DNA from: an uncultured delta proteobacterium
Lineage (GTDB): Bacteria > Myxococcota_A > Polyangia > Fen-1088
Length of the DNA stretch: 63,412 nt
Reading direction: 5' to 3'
Assembly (NCBI GenBank): GCA_963737265.1
Contig: CAVTRY010000009.1
Coordinates: forward strand, 1 to 63,412
Within the stretch, counting starts at the first letter, position 1, and each line of letters opens with the position of its first letter. The notes beneath the pieces were generated by a model. It was given only the letters and a program-made list of their open reading frames with translations. It was not told where the DNA came from and made no database searches. This document shows positions 39,693-48,161 of the stretch, one piece after another. Position numbers and translations under genes: made by a program.

Positions 39693-40595
39693 ATGATTCC
39701 AACTGGCCGGTGGCTCGGCTGGCTCATCGTCGCATCCATCCTCGTTCCCAGGATTGGTCATGCGGCGGTGGCGGATCCGGCAGAAGGCTGCCCGCGCCGC
39801 GTGGACGTCGATGCAGCGCTGGCTGAGCTGCTGAGTGCGAAGCCGGAACGCCGGTCTTCTCCGGCCGTAACCTTGCGTGACTTTGGCACGACCTGGGCCG
39901 TCGAGGTGGCAGGTCGTTCCGCCTCCTATTCCGATCCCGATCGGAACTGTGCCGAACGAACCAGGGTTGCGGCTGTCTTTGTCGCACTGGTGCTCGAGCC
40001 CCCGGATCTGGGAGAAACGCCGGCCGCTCCGGTTGCTGCGGTCGCAGCCAAGCCGGCACAATCTCGTTCGATTCGCCAACAACGGTTTGAGGTGGCGCCT
40101 GAGCTCCTTGTCGCTCCGGGGACGGGCCGGCGGGATTGGGCTCGAACCTGGGGCGCTGCCCTGCGCTGGTTGTGGACGTTTCAACGCCTCGGTTTCTCGG
40201 CCGGCCTTGAGGCCAGCTATCCGGCGGTCGCGCGCCTGCGCAGCTACGAGCTGTCGCTCGCCCGGGTGGCGCTGGATACCTCGCCGCGCTTTTCGTGGCG
40301 CCTGGGAGGGGCCGAATTCGGGCTTGAGGCCGGTCCCTACGGTGCGCTGTTGCTTGCGCACGGGAACGGGCTATTCGCCAATGCGAGCTCAACTCACGTT
40401 GACGTTGGAGGTCGCGCCGCATTTCGCGTACAAACCACCGGACGAATGGTGTCGCCCTTCCTTGCGGCGCAGGTGGAGGTCAGCGCGCGCCATTTTTCCG
40501 TGGTGGTTGATCCGAGCGGGGACATTGGCACGGCGCCACGCGTCTGGCTGGGTGTGTTGGCGGGCGCCAGCGTCTCGCTTGGTCATCGGCACTAG
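39693..40595 (+). CDS. Exported protein with probable C-terminal beta-barrel, first gene of an ECF module
   Basis: Signal peptide, N-terminal Cys pair, amphipathic beta-strands; precedes ECF sigma. Confidence 0.65.
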   Translation: MIPTGRWLGWLIVASILVPRIGHAAVADPAEGCPRRVDVDAALAELLSAKPERRSSPAVTLRDFGTTWAVEVAGRSASYSDPDRNCAERTRVAAVFVALVLEPPDLGETPAAPVAAVAAKPAQSRSIRQQRFEVAPELLVAPGTGRRDWARTWGAALRWLWTFQRLGFSAGLEASYPAVARLRSYELSLARVALDTSPRFSWRLGGAEFGLEAGPYGALLLAHGNGLFANASSTHVDVGGRAAFRVQTTGRMVSPFLAAQVEVSARHFSVVVDPSGDIGTAPRVWLGVLAGASVSLGHRH

Positions 40596-40628
40596 AAGTT
40601 TTCCCAAGTTTAGTGACATACTTCAATC

Positions 40629-41243
40629 GTGCAAAGGTGGACGAATTCCCGATCCGAGGAACGCGGGGCTGCCTGCCCGGTCGATCTGACTCGTCTTCCC
40701 GAGATTCCGGGTCACTTGGTTTTCGAGGACGTCTACCACACCTACTTCCGCCAGACCGTGGCCTGGATCCGCGCCCTAGGGGTGCCAGACGCCGAAATTG
40801 AGGACGTGGCGCAAGACGTGTTTCTGGTCGTGCGTCGGAAGTTGCCCCAGTTCCAGGGGGGGAACTTGGCGGGTTGGCTCTATCGAATCGCGCAGTTGAC
40901 GGTGCGAAATTTTCGCCGCCTAGCTTGGTTCAAGAACCTGTTTTCGCGCAGCCGGGATCTCGCCTTCGCCGACGGGGTGGCGATGACCACCACGCCGGCC
41001 ATGGCACTCGAGAAGAAGCAGGATCAGCGCGTGCTCGCCCACATGCTCGAGCGCATGACCGACAAGCGGCGCGAAACCCTGATTCTTTTCGAGATCGAGG
41101 GCTACAGCGGCAACGAGATCGCCGCCCTACACGGCGTACCCGTGAAGACGGTCTGGACCAGACTGCACCACGCACGCAAAGATCTGGTGACCATGGTCTC
41201 AGCTCTTCGCCAGCAGAGAGAAAATGAAATAGGAAAGCCATGA
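40629..41243 (+). CDS. ECF sigma-70 factor
   Basis: EDVAQDVFL, GWLYRIA, LFEIEGYSGNEIA, TVWTRLHHAR. Confidence 0.93.
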   Translation: MQRWTNSRSEERGAACPVDLTRLPEIPGHLVFEDVYHTYFRQTVAWIRALGVPDAEIEDVAQDVFLVVRRKLPQFQGGNLAGWLYRIAQLTVRNFRRLAWFKNLFSRSRDLAFADGVAMTTTPAMALEKKQDQRVLAHMLERMTDKRRETLILFEIEGYSGNEIAALHGVPVKTVWTRLHHARKDLVTMVSALRQQRENEIGKP

Positions 41244-42037
41244 AACAGAGACTAATCGAGATGCGGGAGTTCAGCGATCCGGACGAGGCCGAAGCCGCCA
41301 GGCTGCTACGATCGGTGCCTCCGACCGCTGTGAGCGAAGTGGTGGAGCGGCGGGTTTACGCCCGCGTCTCCGTACCGCGGCTGCGCGGTCCTCGTTTCGT
41401 GCGGCTTGCGGTGCTGGCGTCGGCCCTGCTCGTCAGCACGACCATCCTCAGTGCGACGCTGGCTCGTCATGGGTTGCGCACCGACCATCGCTCATTACGT
41501 TCCACCGCGCTGGGCGTGCCAGGTGTACAGCCTAGGCGTTTGGTCGCGCGACGAGAACCGGTCTCGGAGCTCGTCCCGGCCGAGAGCGCGCCTGTTTCGC
41601 CGTCGGCGACGGATGAAGGTGGCGCTGCGCCCATCTTTCGCGCCAGCGCTCATCGCGACCGGTTGCGAGGTTTCGCGACGGGCAGGCGACCGACGGTGGT
41701 TGCCAGCGACGTCCGAGGTGCCGGGGAAGAAGCGCCACCGCCCGAGGTTGCCGCAGCTGCGCCACCACCCGAGGAAGCCGCGCTGGTGATGTCGGCCCTG
41801 CACGCGCTTCGCCGCGAGCATAAGCCGGTGCAGGCCGGCTCGCTTTTGCAAACCTACATTGCCCGCTTTCCGAAGGGCGTTCTCGTGGAAGAGGCGCTTG
41901 CGCTGGGAATCGAGGCGGCAGTGGCCCGTCAGGATGTCCGCGCCGCCGCGGCGCTGTCGAACCAGTATCTCGGGCGCTACCCGACTGGCCGATTCCTCGC
42001 TCTGGCGCGCAAGACTTCGGGCGCAACCAGGCCTTGA
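41240..42037 (+). CDS. Probable anti-sigma factor (single TM, TPR-like C-terminus)
   Basis: Overlaps sigma stop; one TM; YIARFPKGVLVEEA...YLGRYPTG. Confidence 0.7.
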   Translation: MKQRLIEMREFSDPDEAEAARLLRSVPPTAVSEVVERRVYARVSVPRLRGPRFVRLAVLASALLVSTTILSATLARHGLRTDHRSLRSTALGVPGVQPRRLVARREPVSELVPAESAPVSPSATDEGGAAPIFRASAHRDRLRGFATGRRPTVVASDVRGAGEEAPPPEVAAAAPPPEEAALVMSALHALRREHKPVQAGSLLQTYIARFPKGVLVEEALALGIEAAVARQDVRAAAALSNQYLGRYPTGRFLALARKTSGATRP

Positions 42038-42849
42038 ACGTGCGAGTCACGAGCGCCTTGTCGGTTGCGGCGCTGGCGTCCCTCGGCGCGTGCAGCGACA
42101 AGATCGACCTGGGGCTCGAAAAGTATTACTGGTCCGCCGATTTCGAAACCGGGGATCTGTCCCAGTGGAGCAAACTGAGCACGTTTGAACCTCTCGCACG
42201 TGGACCGTCCTCGTCCGCCGAGGCGGGCCCGCCGAACGCCTTCACCGGCGGGCAGGCAAAGTCGACCGGCAGCGCCAGCCTGACCATCGTCGACACGCCC
42301 GTCCACAGCGGGAACTTCGCCGCAAAGTCGGCAATCGATGCCACAGGGAGCGTCTCCTTCGCGCGGCTGTGTCGGTGGGGAACCCTGCCCCAGGACGCCT
42401 ACTACAGCGTGTGGATGTACATCCCGACCAACTACACCATCGGGAACTATTGGAACCTGTTCGAGTTCCAGGGACGCAGCGATCCGGCCGACCCCGCGAC
42501 CCAGGTTTTCCTTTGGAGCCTCGACGTCGCACGACGCTCGGATGGCCAGATGTCCTGGTACGTTTGGGATTGGCAACGCTCGCATCAACTCAATCCGGCG
42601 GTGTCGACCGTGGCTCCCGTCGGGCGCTGGTTTCGCGTGGAAGCCTTCATGCACCAAGCGACGGACAATTCGGGCGATGTGAAGTTCTGGGTCGATGGCG
42701 TACTACTGCTAGAGGCGAGCGGTGTCTCCACCTTGACGAGCGATTGGCTGTACTGGGCCGTGGGCGGTGCAGCGATCGACATCACCGAGCAACCGGCCGA
42801 GGTCTTTCTCGACGACGCAGCTATCCTGCGCGAAGGTCCCGGTAAATAG
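42034..42849 (+). CDS. Lipoprotein with polysaccharide-lyase-like beta-sandwich domain
   Basis: LGAC lipobox; ADFETGDLSQW, AYYSVWMYIP, PVGRWFRVE, VKFWVDG, FLDD. Confidence 0.65.
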   Translation: MNVRVTSALSVAALASLGACSDKIDLGLEKYYWSADFETGDLSQWSKLSTFEPLARGPSSSAEAGPPNAFTGGQAKSTGSASLTIVDTPVHSGNFAAKSAIDATGSVSFARLCRWGTLPQDAYYSVWMYIPTNYTIGNYWNLFEFQGRSDPADPATQVFLWSLDVARRSDGQMSWYVWDWQRSHQLNPAVSTVAPVGRWFRVEAFMHQATDNSGDVKFWVDGVLLLEASGVSTLTSDWLYWAVGGAAIDITEQPAEVFLDDAAILREGPGK

Positions 42850-42975
42850 CCGCTGGTTCCGCCCGTCAGAATTTCAACCATGTTTAGGTCGCCGATGTAG
42901 AAGGCGTGGACATGGCCCACAAGTGAGAAACTCAAGAATTCCGCATGTTCGGCCGTATTCCGGAATAGGTCACGT

Positions 42976-45954
42976 GTGATCCGAGGTTTCCGGCGTTGCC
43001 GCTCCCCGAAGAGACTCACCTTGAACGCATCCGCCAGCCATCGCCCGCGCGACCGCAAGACAATTGCGGTTTTGCTCAACTACATGGACTTCTTTTCCGT
43101 CGGGTACGGCACGCAGATCCAAAGCGCGCTCGCCTCCCACGCCACCACGCTCGATCTTAATCTGATCCTCGTCTTCGGGCGCGGCCTCGATGAACCGCGC
43201 AGTGGCTCAGCCGCGCACAACGCGGTTTTCGAGCTCGTCGGTTCCGAACGCGCGGATGGCGTCATCCTTGTTTCCTCGCTGCTTTCCGGCTTCAGCGGAC
43301 TCGACGGGCTTGTGCGCCTGGCGCGCCGATTCGACTCGATGCCCGTCTGTAGCATCGGAGCGGTGATTCCTGGCTTTCCCAGTCTGATGGTGGACGACGG
43401 GCCAGGGATGCGCGCGGCGGTTGAGCATCTCGTATGCGATCATCGCTGCCGGCGCGTCGCATTTTTTGCCGGGACTCCGGGCAAGCCCGAGGCGGAAGCC
43501 CGACTGCTGGCCTATCGCGAGGTGTTGGAGACGCACCAGATCGGCTTCGACCCGGCGCTGGTCGTCCCGGGCTGGTTTCGGCGCAGCGACGGAGGCAACG
43601 GCGTCGAGGCGTTGCTCGAGCAGAAGATCGACTTCGATGCCATCGCAGCGGCCAACGACACTATGGCCATGGGGGCCATGGCGGCCCTGCGCAAGCACGG
43701 GCGCAACGTACCCCGCGACGTGCGGCTCACCGGCTTCGACGATTTGCCGCCTGCCCGCATGGGCAATCCAGACCTGAGCAGTGTGGCTCAGCCGTTTCCC
43801 CTCATGGCGGAAAAGGCGATTCAGATCGTCCTCGATCAACTGGCGGGACTGCCGGTTGCGGCCGAAACGCGTCTCGCGACGACCTTCATCGCGCGCCGGT
43901 CGTGCGGTTGCCACCAGGGCGTGCGACGGACCAAGACGCCGGTGCCCACCGCCGTTGCCACTTCGCCACGCGAGCACGTGGGGTTCAACAGCGTCAGTTT
44001 CACGACAAGGCTCGCGGTGCTCCTCGAGGCGATCGGCATGGACCATCAGCGGGCCGCGGACGATTTGGTGGCCGCTTTGCACGCCGAGCTCGGCGGAAGC
44101 TTACATTCGTTCACCCTCGTGCTCGAACGACTGCTCGAGCAAGCGGGCGAGAGCTACCAGCAATACCGGGCGCTGCAGAGCGCGATTGAATGGATGCGCG
44201 GCGAGCTGTCCGGCTTTGCCAATCTGGAGCTGGAGCGTCTGTGGGCGGATTCCTTTGCCTTGATCGCGATGGCGGACACGGCCATTCAGGTCCAGCACCG
44301 CGTGGCAATCGACCAAAACTACCGCAACCTGTTCCTCATGGGCGAGCAGATCGGCGTCGCGCTCGACTGGGACTCGCTCCATGCGTTGCTCGACAAAGCG
44401 CTGCCAGAGACTGGCGTCAAGACCGCCTTTCTCTCGCGCTTCACCGAGGGTAGTGCGACGCGACTGCAGCCATTCCTGTGCATGGTCGACGGTCAGTCGC
44501 AAAGCCCGATGCCGCCGGCTTTCCCCGCCCGGCAGCTCTTTCCACCGGATGCCTATCCGGAATCGCGCCGGGGAATTCTCCTCGTGTTTCCGCTGGTCTT
44601 CGAGACCGAACGTCTGGGGATTGCGGTTTTCGAATGGCTGCTCGACGTGCACGGCTACCACGTCGTGCGCGACCAGCTCAATGTTGCGCTTCGAAGCATC
44701 CAGATTCACCAAGAGTTGCTGGAGCGAACGCGTTTGCACGAGCGCGACGAGCTCGAACGCCTGGCGACGAGCAAGCGCCTGCAGTCGCTCAGCGTTCTGG
44801 CCGGCGGCGTAGCGCACGATCTGAACAACTCGCTCGGGCCCATCGTCGCCCTTCCCGATCTGTTGTTGATGGAAGTGGACAAGCTCGATCCCGAACGGCG
44901 AGCCGGCGACATGCGCGCCGATCTGGAGAGCATCAAGGAAGCGGGACTGCGTGCCTCCAGAACCATCAAGGACTTGCTCACCTTGGGCCGCCAGGGCCGG
45001 GTCAGCAAGGAGCGCCTCGACCTCAATTTAGTCGTCTCGAAGTGTGTCGCCGAAAACTTGAGCTTGGCCGCGTCGGGCGCCCGGGGTCGGGTGCGGATTG
45101 TCGCCGAGCTGGCATCCAGGCCAATCGCGGTGCTCGCCTCCGAGGCGCACCTTTCGCGCGCCATCACCAATCTCATTCGCAATGGAATGGAGGCAACCGA
45201 AGGGGACGGTCGATTGGTCGTTCGCTCGCTGGAACGGCGCCTCGCCGAGCCTGTCGTCGGTTTCGAGCGCATCGAAGCCGGCCGCTATGCGCTTCTCTCC
45301 ATCAGCGACGAAGGCAAGGGCATTCCCCAGGAAGACGTGGGACGGATCTTCGAGCCGTTCTTCAGCACCAAACCGCTCGGCGAATCGAGCGGCACCGGTC
45401 TTGGCCTCGCTATCGTCCACGGCGTAGTCAAGGAACACGGTGGGTTCGTAGACGTGACAAGCGTGCGCGGCAAAGGCACGACCTTCACCCTCTATTTTCC
45501 CAGCTTGCGGCCGGAGGAACGACAGGACGAACCGCTGACCCCCACGCCCATGCCGATTGGGCGGGCGAAGGTCTTGCTCGTGGACGATTCCCCCACGCTG
45601 CTGCGCACCGGACGCCGGGCGCTCGAGCACCTCGGATATTTGGTCGAGACCATGGAAAGCGGAAAGCAGGCCTGCGAGAGATTTCAACGGGCGGCGTTGA
45701 CGGGCCAGAGCCCGTGCGACCTGGTTATTCTGGACATGAACCTGCTCGAAACGCGCGATGGGCTCGATGTCTACGAGATGATTCGGCGGCTATTCCCCGC
45801 TCAGCGCGCACTGCTGGTGAGCGGGCAGGCACCGAGCGACCGGGTCCATGCCGCGCTGGAGCGGGGCCTCGCCTGGCTGCCCAAGCCCTACACCATGGAG
45901 CTCCTCGCACAGACAGTGGCCAAGGCCCTGGAAGCAACGCCGGAGCGAAAGTAG
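42976..45954 (+). CDS. Hybrid histidine kinase with N-terminal LacI-type ligand-binding domain and C-terminal REC
   Basis: AANDTMAMG...VPRDVRLTGFDD LacI effector domain; GVAHDLNN, NLIRNG, DEGKG, FEPFFSTK, GTGLGL; LVDD...LDMNL...KP; start uncertain. Confidence 0.9.
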   Translation: MIRGFRRCRSPKRLTLNASASHRPRDRKTIAVLLNYMDFFSVGYGTQIQSALASHATTLDLNLILVFGRGLDEPRSGSAAHNAVFELVGSERADGVILVSSLLSGFSGLDGLVRLARRFDSMPVCSIGAVIPGFPSLMVDDGPGMRAAVEHLVCDHRCRRVAFFAGTPGKPEAEARLLAYREVLETHQIGFDPALVVPGWFRRSDGGNGVEALLEQKIDFDAIAAANDTMAMGAMAALRKHGRNVPRDVRLTGFDDLPPARMGNPDLSSVAQPFPLMAEKAIQIVLDQLAGLPVAAETRLATTFIARRSCGCHQGVRRTKTPVPTAVATSPREHVGFNSVSFTTRLAVLLEAIGMDHQRAADDLVAALHAELGGSLHSFTLVLERLLEQAGESYQQYRALQSAIEWMRGELSGFANLELERLWADSFALIAMADTAIQVQHRVAIDQNYRNLFLMGEQIGVALDWDSLHALLDKALPETGVKTAFLSRFTEGSATRLQPFLCMVDGQSQSPMPPAFPARQLFPPDAYPESRRGILLVFPLVFETERLGIAVFEWLLDVHGYHVVRDQLNVALRSIQIHQELLERTRLHERDELERLATSKRLQSLSVLAGGVAHDLNNSLGPIVALPDLLLMEVDKLDPERRAGDMRADLESIKEAGLRASRTIKDLLTLGRQGRVSKERLDLNLVVSKCVAENLSLAASGARGRVRIVAELASRPIAVLASEAHLSRAITNLIRNGMEATEGDGRLVVRSLERRLAEPVVGFERIEAGRYALLSISDEGKGIPQEDVGRIFEPFFSTKPLGESSGTGLGLAIVHGVVKEHGGFVDVTSVRGKGTTFTLYFPSLRPEERQDEPLTPTPMPIGRAKVLLVDDSPTLLRTGRRALEHLGYLVETMESGKQACERFQRAALTGQSPCDLVILDMNLLETRDGLDVYEMIRRLFPAQRALLVSGQAPSDRVHAALERGLAWLPKPYTMELLAQTVAKALEATPERK

Positions 45955-46026
45955 TTTCCGCGCGACGCTGGTTTTCGCGCGACGATTGCGAGCAACTTGG
46001 GCAACCCGGTTGCCGAGAAGGTTCGC

Positions 46027-46272
46027 ATGAGAATGTTTGCGCTCTTGCGAGCCCGAGAATCCGCGGGGCCCGACGACGACGACCAGTCCGACGACACTGC
46101 GGCGAACGACAACCGCCACCGGGGCCGGCGCAGGTCGCGCTTGCGCGCGCGCTGTCCCACGTGCGGAGGTTCGGGCGAACTGTTCATCACGGACGAAAGC
46201 TGTCCCAAAGGTCGGATGGGTCGATGTATTGCCTGCCACGGTACGGGCCGCTTTTGGCAACCCAAATTCTGA
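46027..46272 (+). CDS. Small protein with DnaJ-type zinc-finger motifs
   Basis: CPTCGGSG and CIACHGTG. Confidence 0.55.
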   Translation: MRMFALLRARESAGPDDDDQSDDTAANDNRHRGRRRSRLRARCPTCGGSGELFITDESCPKGRMGRCIACHGTGRFWQPKF

Positions 46273-46281
46273 TCAGAGGCG

Positions 46282-46863
46282 CTACGCCTTGCCGCGGTGG
46301 CTGGAAAATGCCGCGGGCTCGGTGCCGACGGTCCAGTGATAGGCCTCGTCCCACACGAAGGCGGCCTGCGCATCCAGCACGAGCGCCGCCGAGACGGATG
46401 CGGGAAGCCACGCTCCGGCGCTGATCTCCGCTTCCAGCTGGCCAGGTGCCCAACCGGCACAGCCGAGCAGCATGCGAAAATCGCTGGGACCGCGGCCTTC
46501 GAGGAGGGCACTGAACGCGGCCATTTCACCCGTGACACCAATCTCCGCCCCGACCGATATTTCGCCCGGCAAGGGTTCTTCGCGGCGACGGTAGACGAGC
46601 CAGCCGGCCGCGGGTGCCACCGGTCCACCCAAACGCACGACCGCCGCGAAAGCCGGCGTGTCGGGGATCTGCTGCCCGGCTGGCACCAGCTCAGACGACG
46701 TCAGGAGCTCGCGCACCGTCATCAGCTCGCGGCCGTTCACGACCCAACCGAGCGCACCATCGTCGCCAGCACGGCCAAGCAAGACCACACTGTGCACGAA
46801 ATTGGGGTCGCGCAAGCTGGGTGCGGCCAGCAACATTCCTGGCGCCAAGTCATCGGTGGGCAT
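46282..46863 (-). CDS. YqgE/AlgH family protein
   Basis: DPNFVHSVVL, GALG.V.N, GGPV, G.AGWAPGQLEAEI..GAW. Confidence 0.92.
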   Translation of the reverse strand: MPTDDLAPGMLLAAPSLRDPNFVHSVVLLGRAGDDGALGWVVNGRELMTVRELLTSSELVPAGQQIPDTPAFAAVVRLGGPVAPAAGWLVYRRREEPLPGEISVGAEIGVTGEMAAFSALLEGRGPSDFRMLLGCAGWAPGQLEAEISAGAWLPASVSAALVLDAQAAFVWDEAYHWTVGTEPAAFSSHRGKA

Positions 46864-46908
46864 CTCACTCCTATTGTACGCCCTACCCGATCGCCGGGGC
46901 GGAAGAAC

Positions 46909-47289
46909 CTATTCGAGGTGCAGACCGCATTCCGTGCACGCGCCATCCACCAGCGGTGCCGCCGTGCCGCACGCCGGGCAGGGCGGCTCGTCGCCATCCG
47001 CGGTCGCCGCGACCTGGTCGGGCAAGATGCCTTCCTGATCGAGCAGGTTCTGCCAACGCGCGTGCATGAGGGTCATGATCTTGGGCAGATCCCCGGGCCG
47101 CACGCACAGGTCGATGTGCGCGGCGCACGCGTGGCCAGGTTCGTCGCATGCGGCTTGCCGATCCAAAATGGCCGGAATTCCGGCCGACAGGCATGCATCG
47201 AGGATTTCCTTGGCGTCGGCAATTCCCGCGGAAACACATGGCACCACCTCGGCGTCGGCCAGTTCTGCTAGCGCTTGGTCCTTGGTCAC
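46909..47289 (-). CDS. Hypothetical protein with C-terminal zinc ribbon
   Basis: CPACG...CTECGL. Confidence 0.75.
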   Translation of the reverse strand: MTKDQALAELADAEVVPCVSAGIADAKEILDACLSAGIPAILDRQAACDEPGHACAAHIDLCVRPGDLPKIMTLMHARWQNLLDQEGILPDQVAATADGDEPPCPACGTAAPLVDGACTECGLHLE

Positions 47290-47331
47290 ACGCGCATCTT
47301 CGCTTACCTCCGCCCGCGCGTCCAGGGCGCC

Positions 47332-47412
47332 GGCAGGTTCGGCAGGTTCGGCAGGTTCGAGCGTCGCCGATCGCCGCGCCGATCACCGCACCGATCACCG
47401 CGCCGATCACCG
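47332..47412. repeat. Adjacent short tandem repeats: 9-mer x3 and 12-mer x4
   Basis: GGCAGGTTC x3 (47332-47358); C(G/A)CCGATC(A/G)CCG x4 (47365-47412). Confidence 0.85.
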
Positions 47413-47997
47413 CACCTTCCAGGCTATTTGCTCCAGCGCAGCTGCGTGTGCGCTTTCAAAATCGGCGCGGCCGAGCGAGAGGGTGAGGTCGCTGGGGTGG
47501 TCGATGGTGGCGCGCGCGGCGGGGCTGTCGTCGTTCTGGTAGCCGAGCTTGGCGAACAATCGTTGCGAGGGCAGATTGGCGGGAATGATGGAAACGACGA
47601 CGCGCTCCAGGCCGAGGCCGCGGAAGGCGAGGGCGTGCAGCATGAGCGCGAAGCGCGTGCCGATGCCCTTGCCCTGCTCGGGGCGCTGTCCGACCAGGAT
47701 GGCGAACTCGGCGGTCTTGCCGGTGATGCGGCGCAGATCCGCGTCGCCGACCAGCACCCCGTCTCGTTCGAGAAGGAAAGCCTTGGTGCCGGCGTGGCGG
47801 AGGACATCGAAGTGCTCCACCACATCGTCGGCCGACATGGCGACGGTGTTGGCCATCATCGATCGGTTGTACTCGTCGTTGTAGTAGTTGCTGAGGGTCG
47901 GCGCCCAGCGCGCCGTTTCCTCGCGCGTCGGCTCGTAGGCGCGCAGCTCATCGTCCAGCGTCTGCCACTCCACGACCAAGCGCGGTTCGGATTGCAT
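47407..47997 (-). CDS. GNAT acetyltransferase (RimJ/RimL-like)
   Basis: AEFAILVG, QGKGIG, NLPSQRLFAKLGY. Confidence 0.85.
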   Translation of the reverse strand: MQSEPRLVVEWQTLDDELRAYEPTREETARWAPTLSNYYNDEYNRSMMANTVAMSADDVVEHFDVLRHAGTKAFLLERDGVLVGDADLRRITGKTAEFAILVGQRPEQGKGIGTRFALMLHALAFRGLGLERVVVSIIPANLPSQRLFAKLGYQNDDSPAARATIDHPSDLTLSLGRADFESAHAAALEQIAWKVR

Positions 47998-48071
47998 GGC
48001 GTCTGGAACGGATGGTACCAGCCTTACGAACCGCAGAGCAGGGCTATTCCGAAGTCGTTAAGACCGCTTTG

Positions 48072-48118
48072 ACCTGAAGCCTGTAGCCTGAAGCCCGTAG
48101 CCCGTAGCAGCTTGAAGG
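48072..48118. repeat. Solo heptamer tract (GGCTACA/GGCTTCA family)
   Basis: CCTGAAG CCTGTAG CCTGAAG CCCGTAG CCCGTAG; same family as 23454-23514. Confidence 0.8.
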
Positions 48119-48161
48119 CTCATGACACGACGCCGAAGAAATCGTCGCACCACACGAATGA

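Noticed and set aside
42874-42960. Sigma-28-like motifs upstream of the hybrid kinase
   Set aside because: Spacers are 13 and 16 nt rather than 15 and the second -10 element is imperfect
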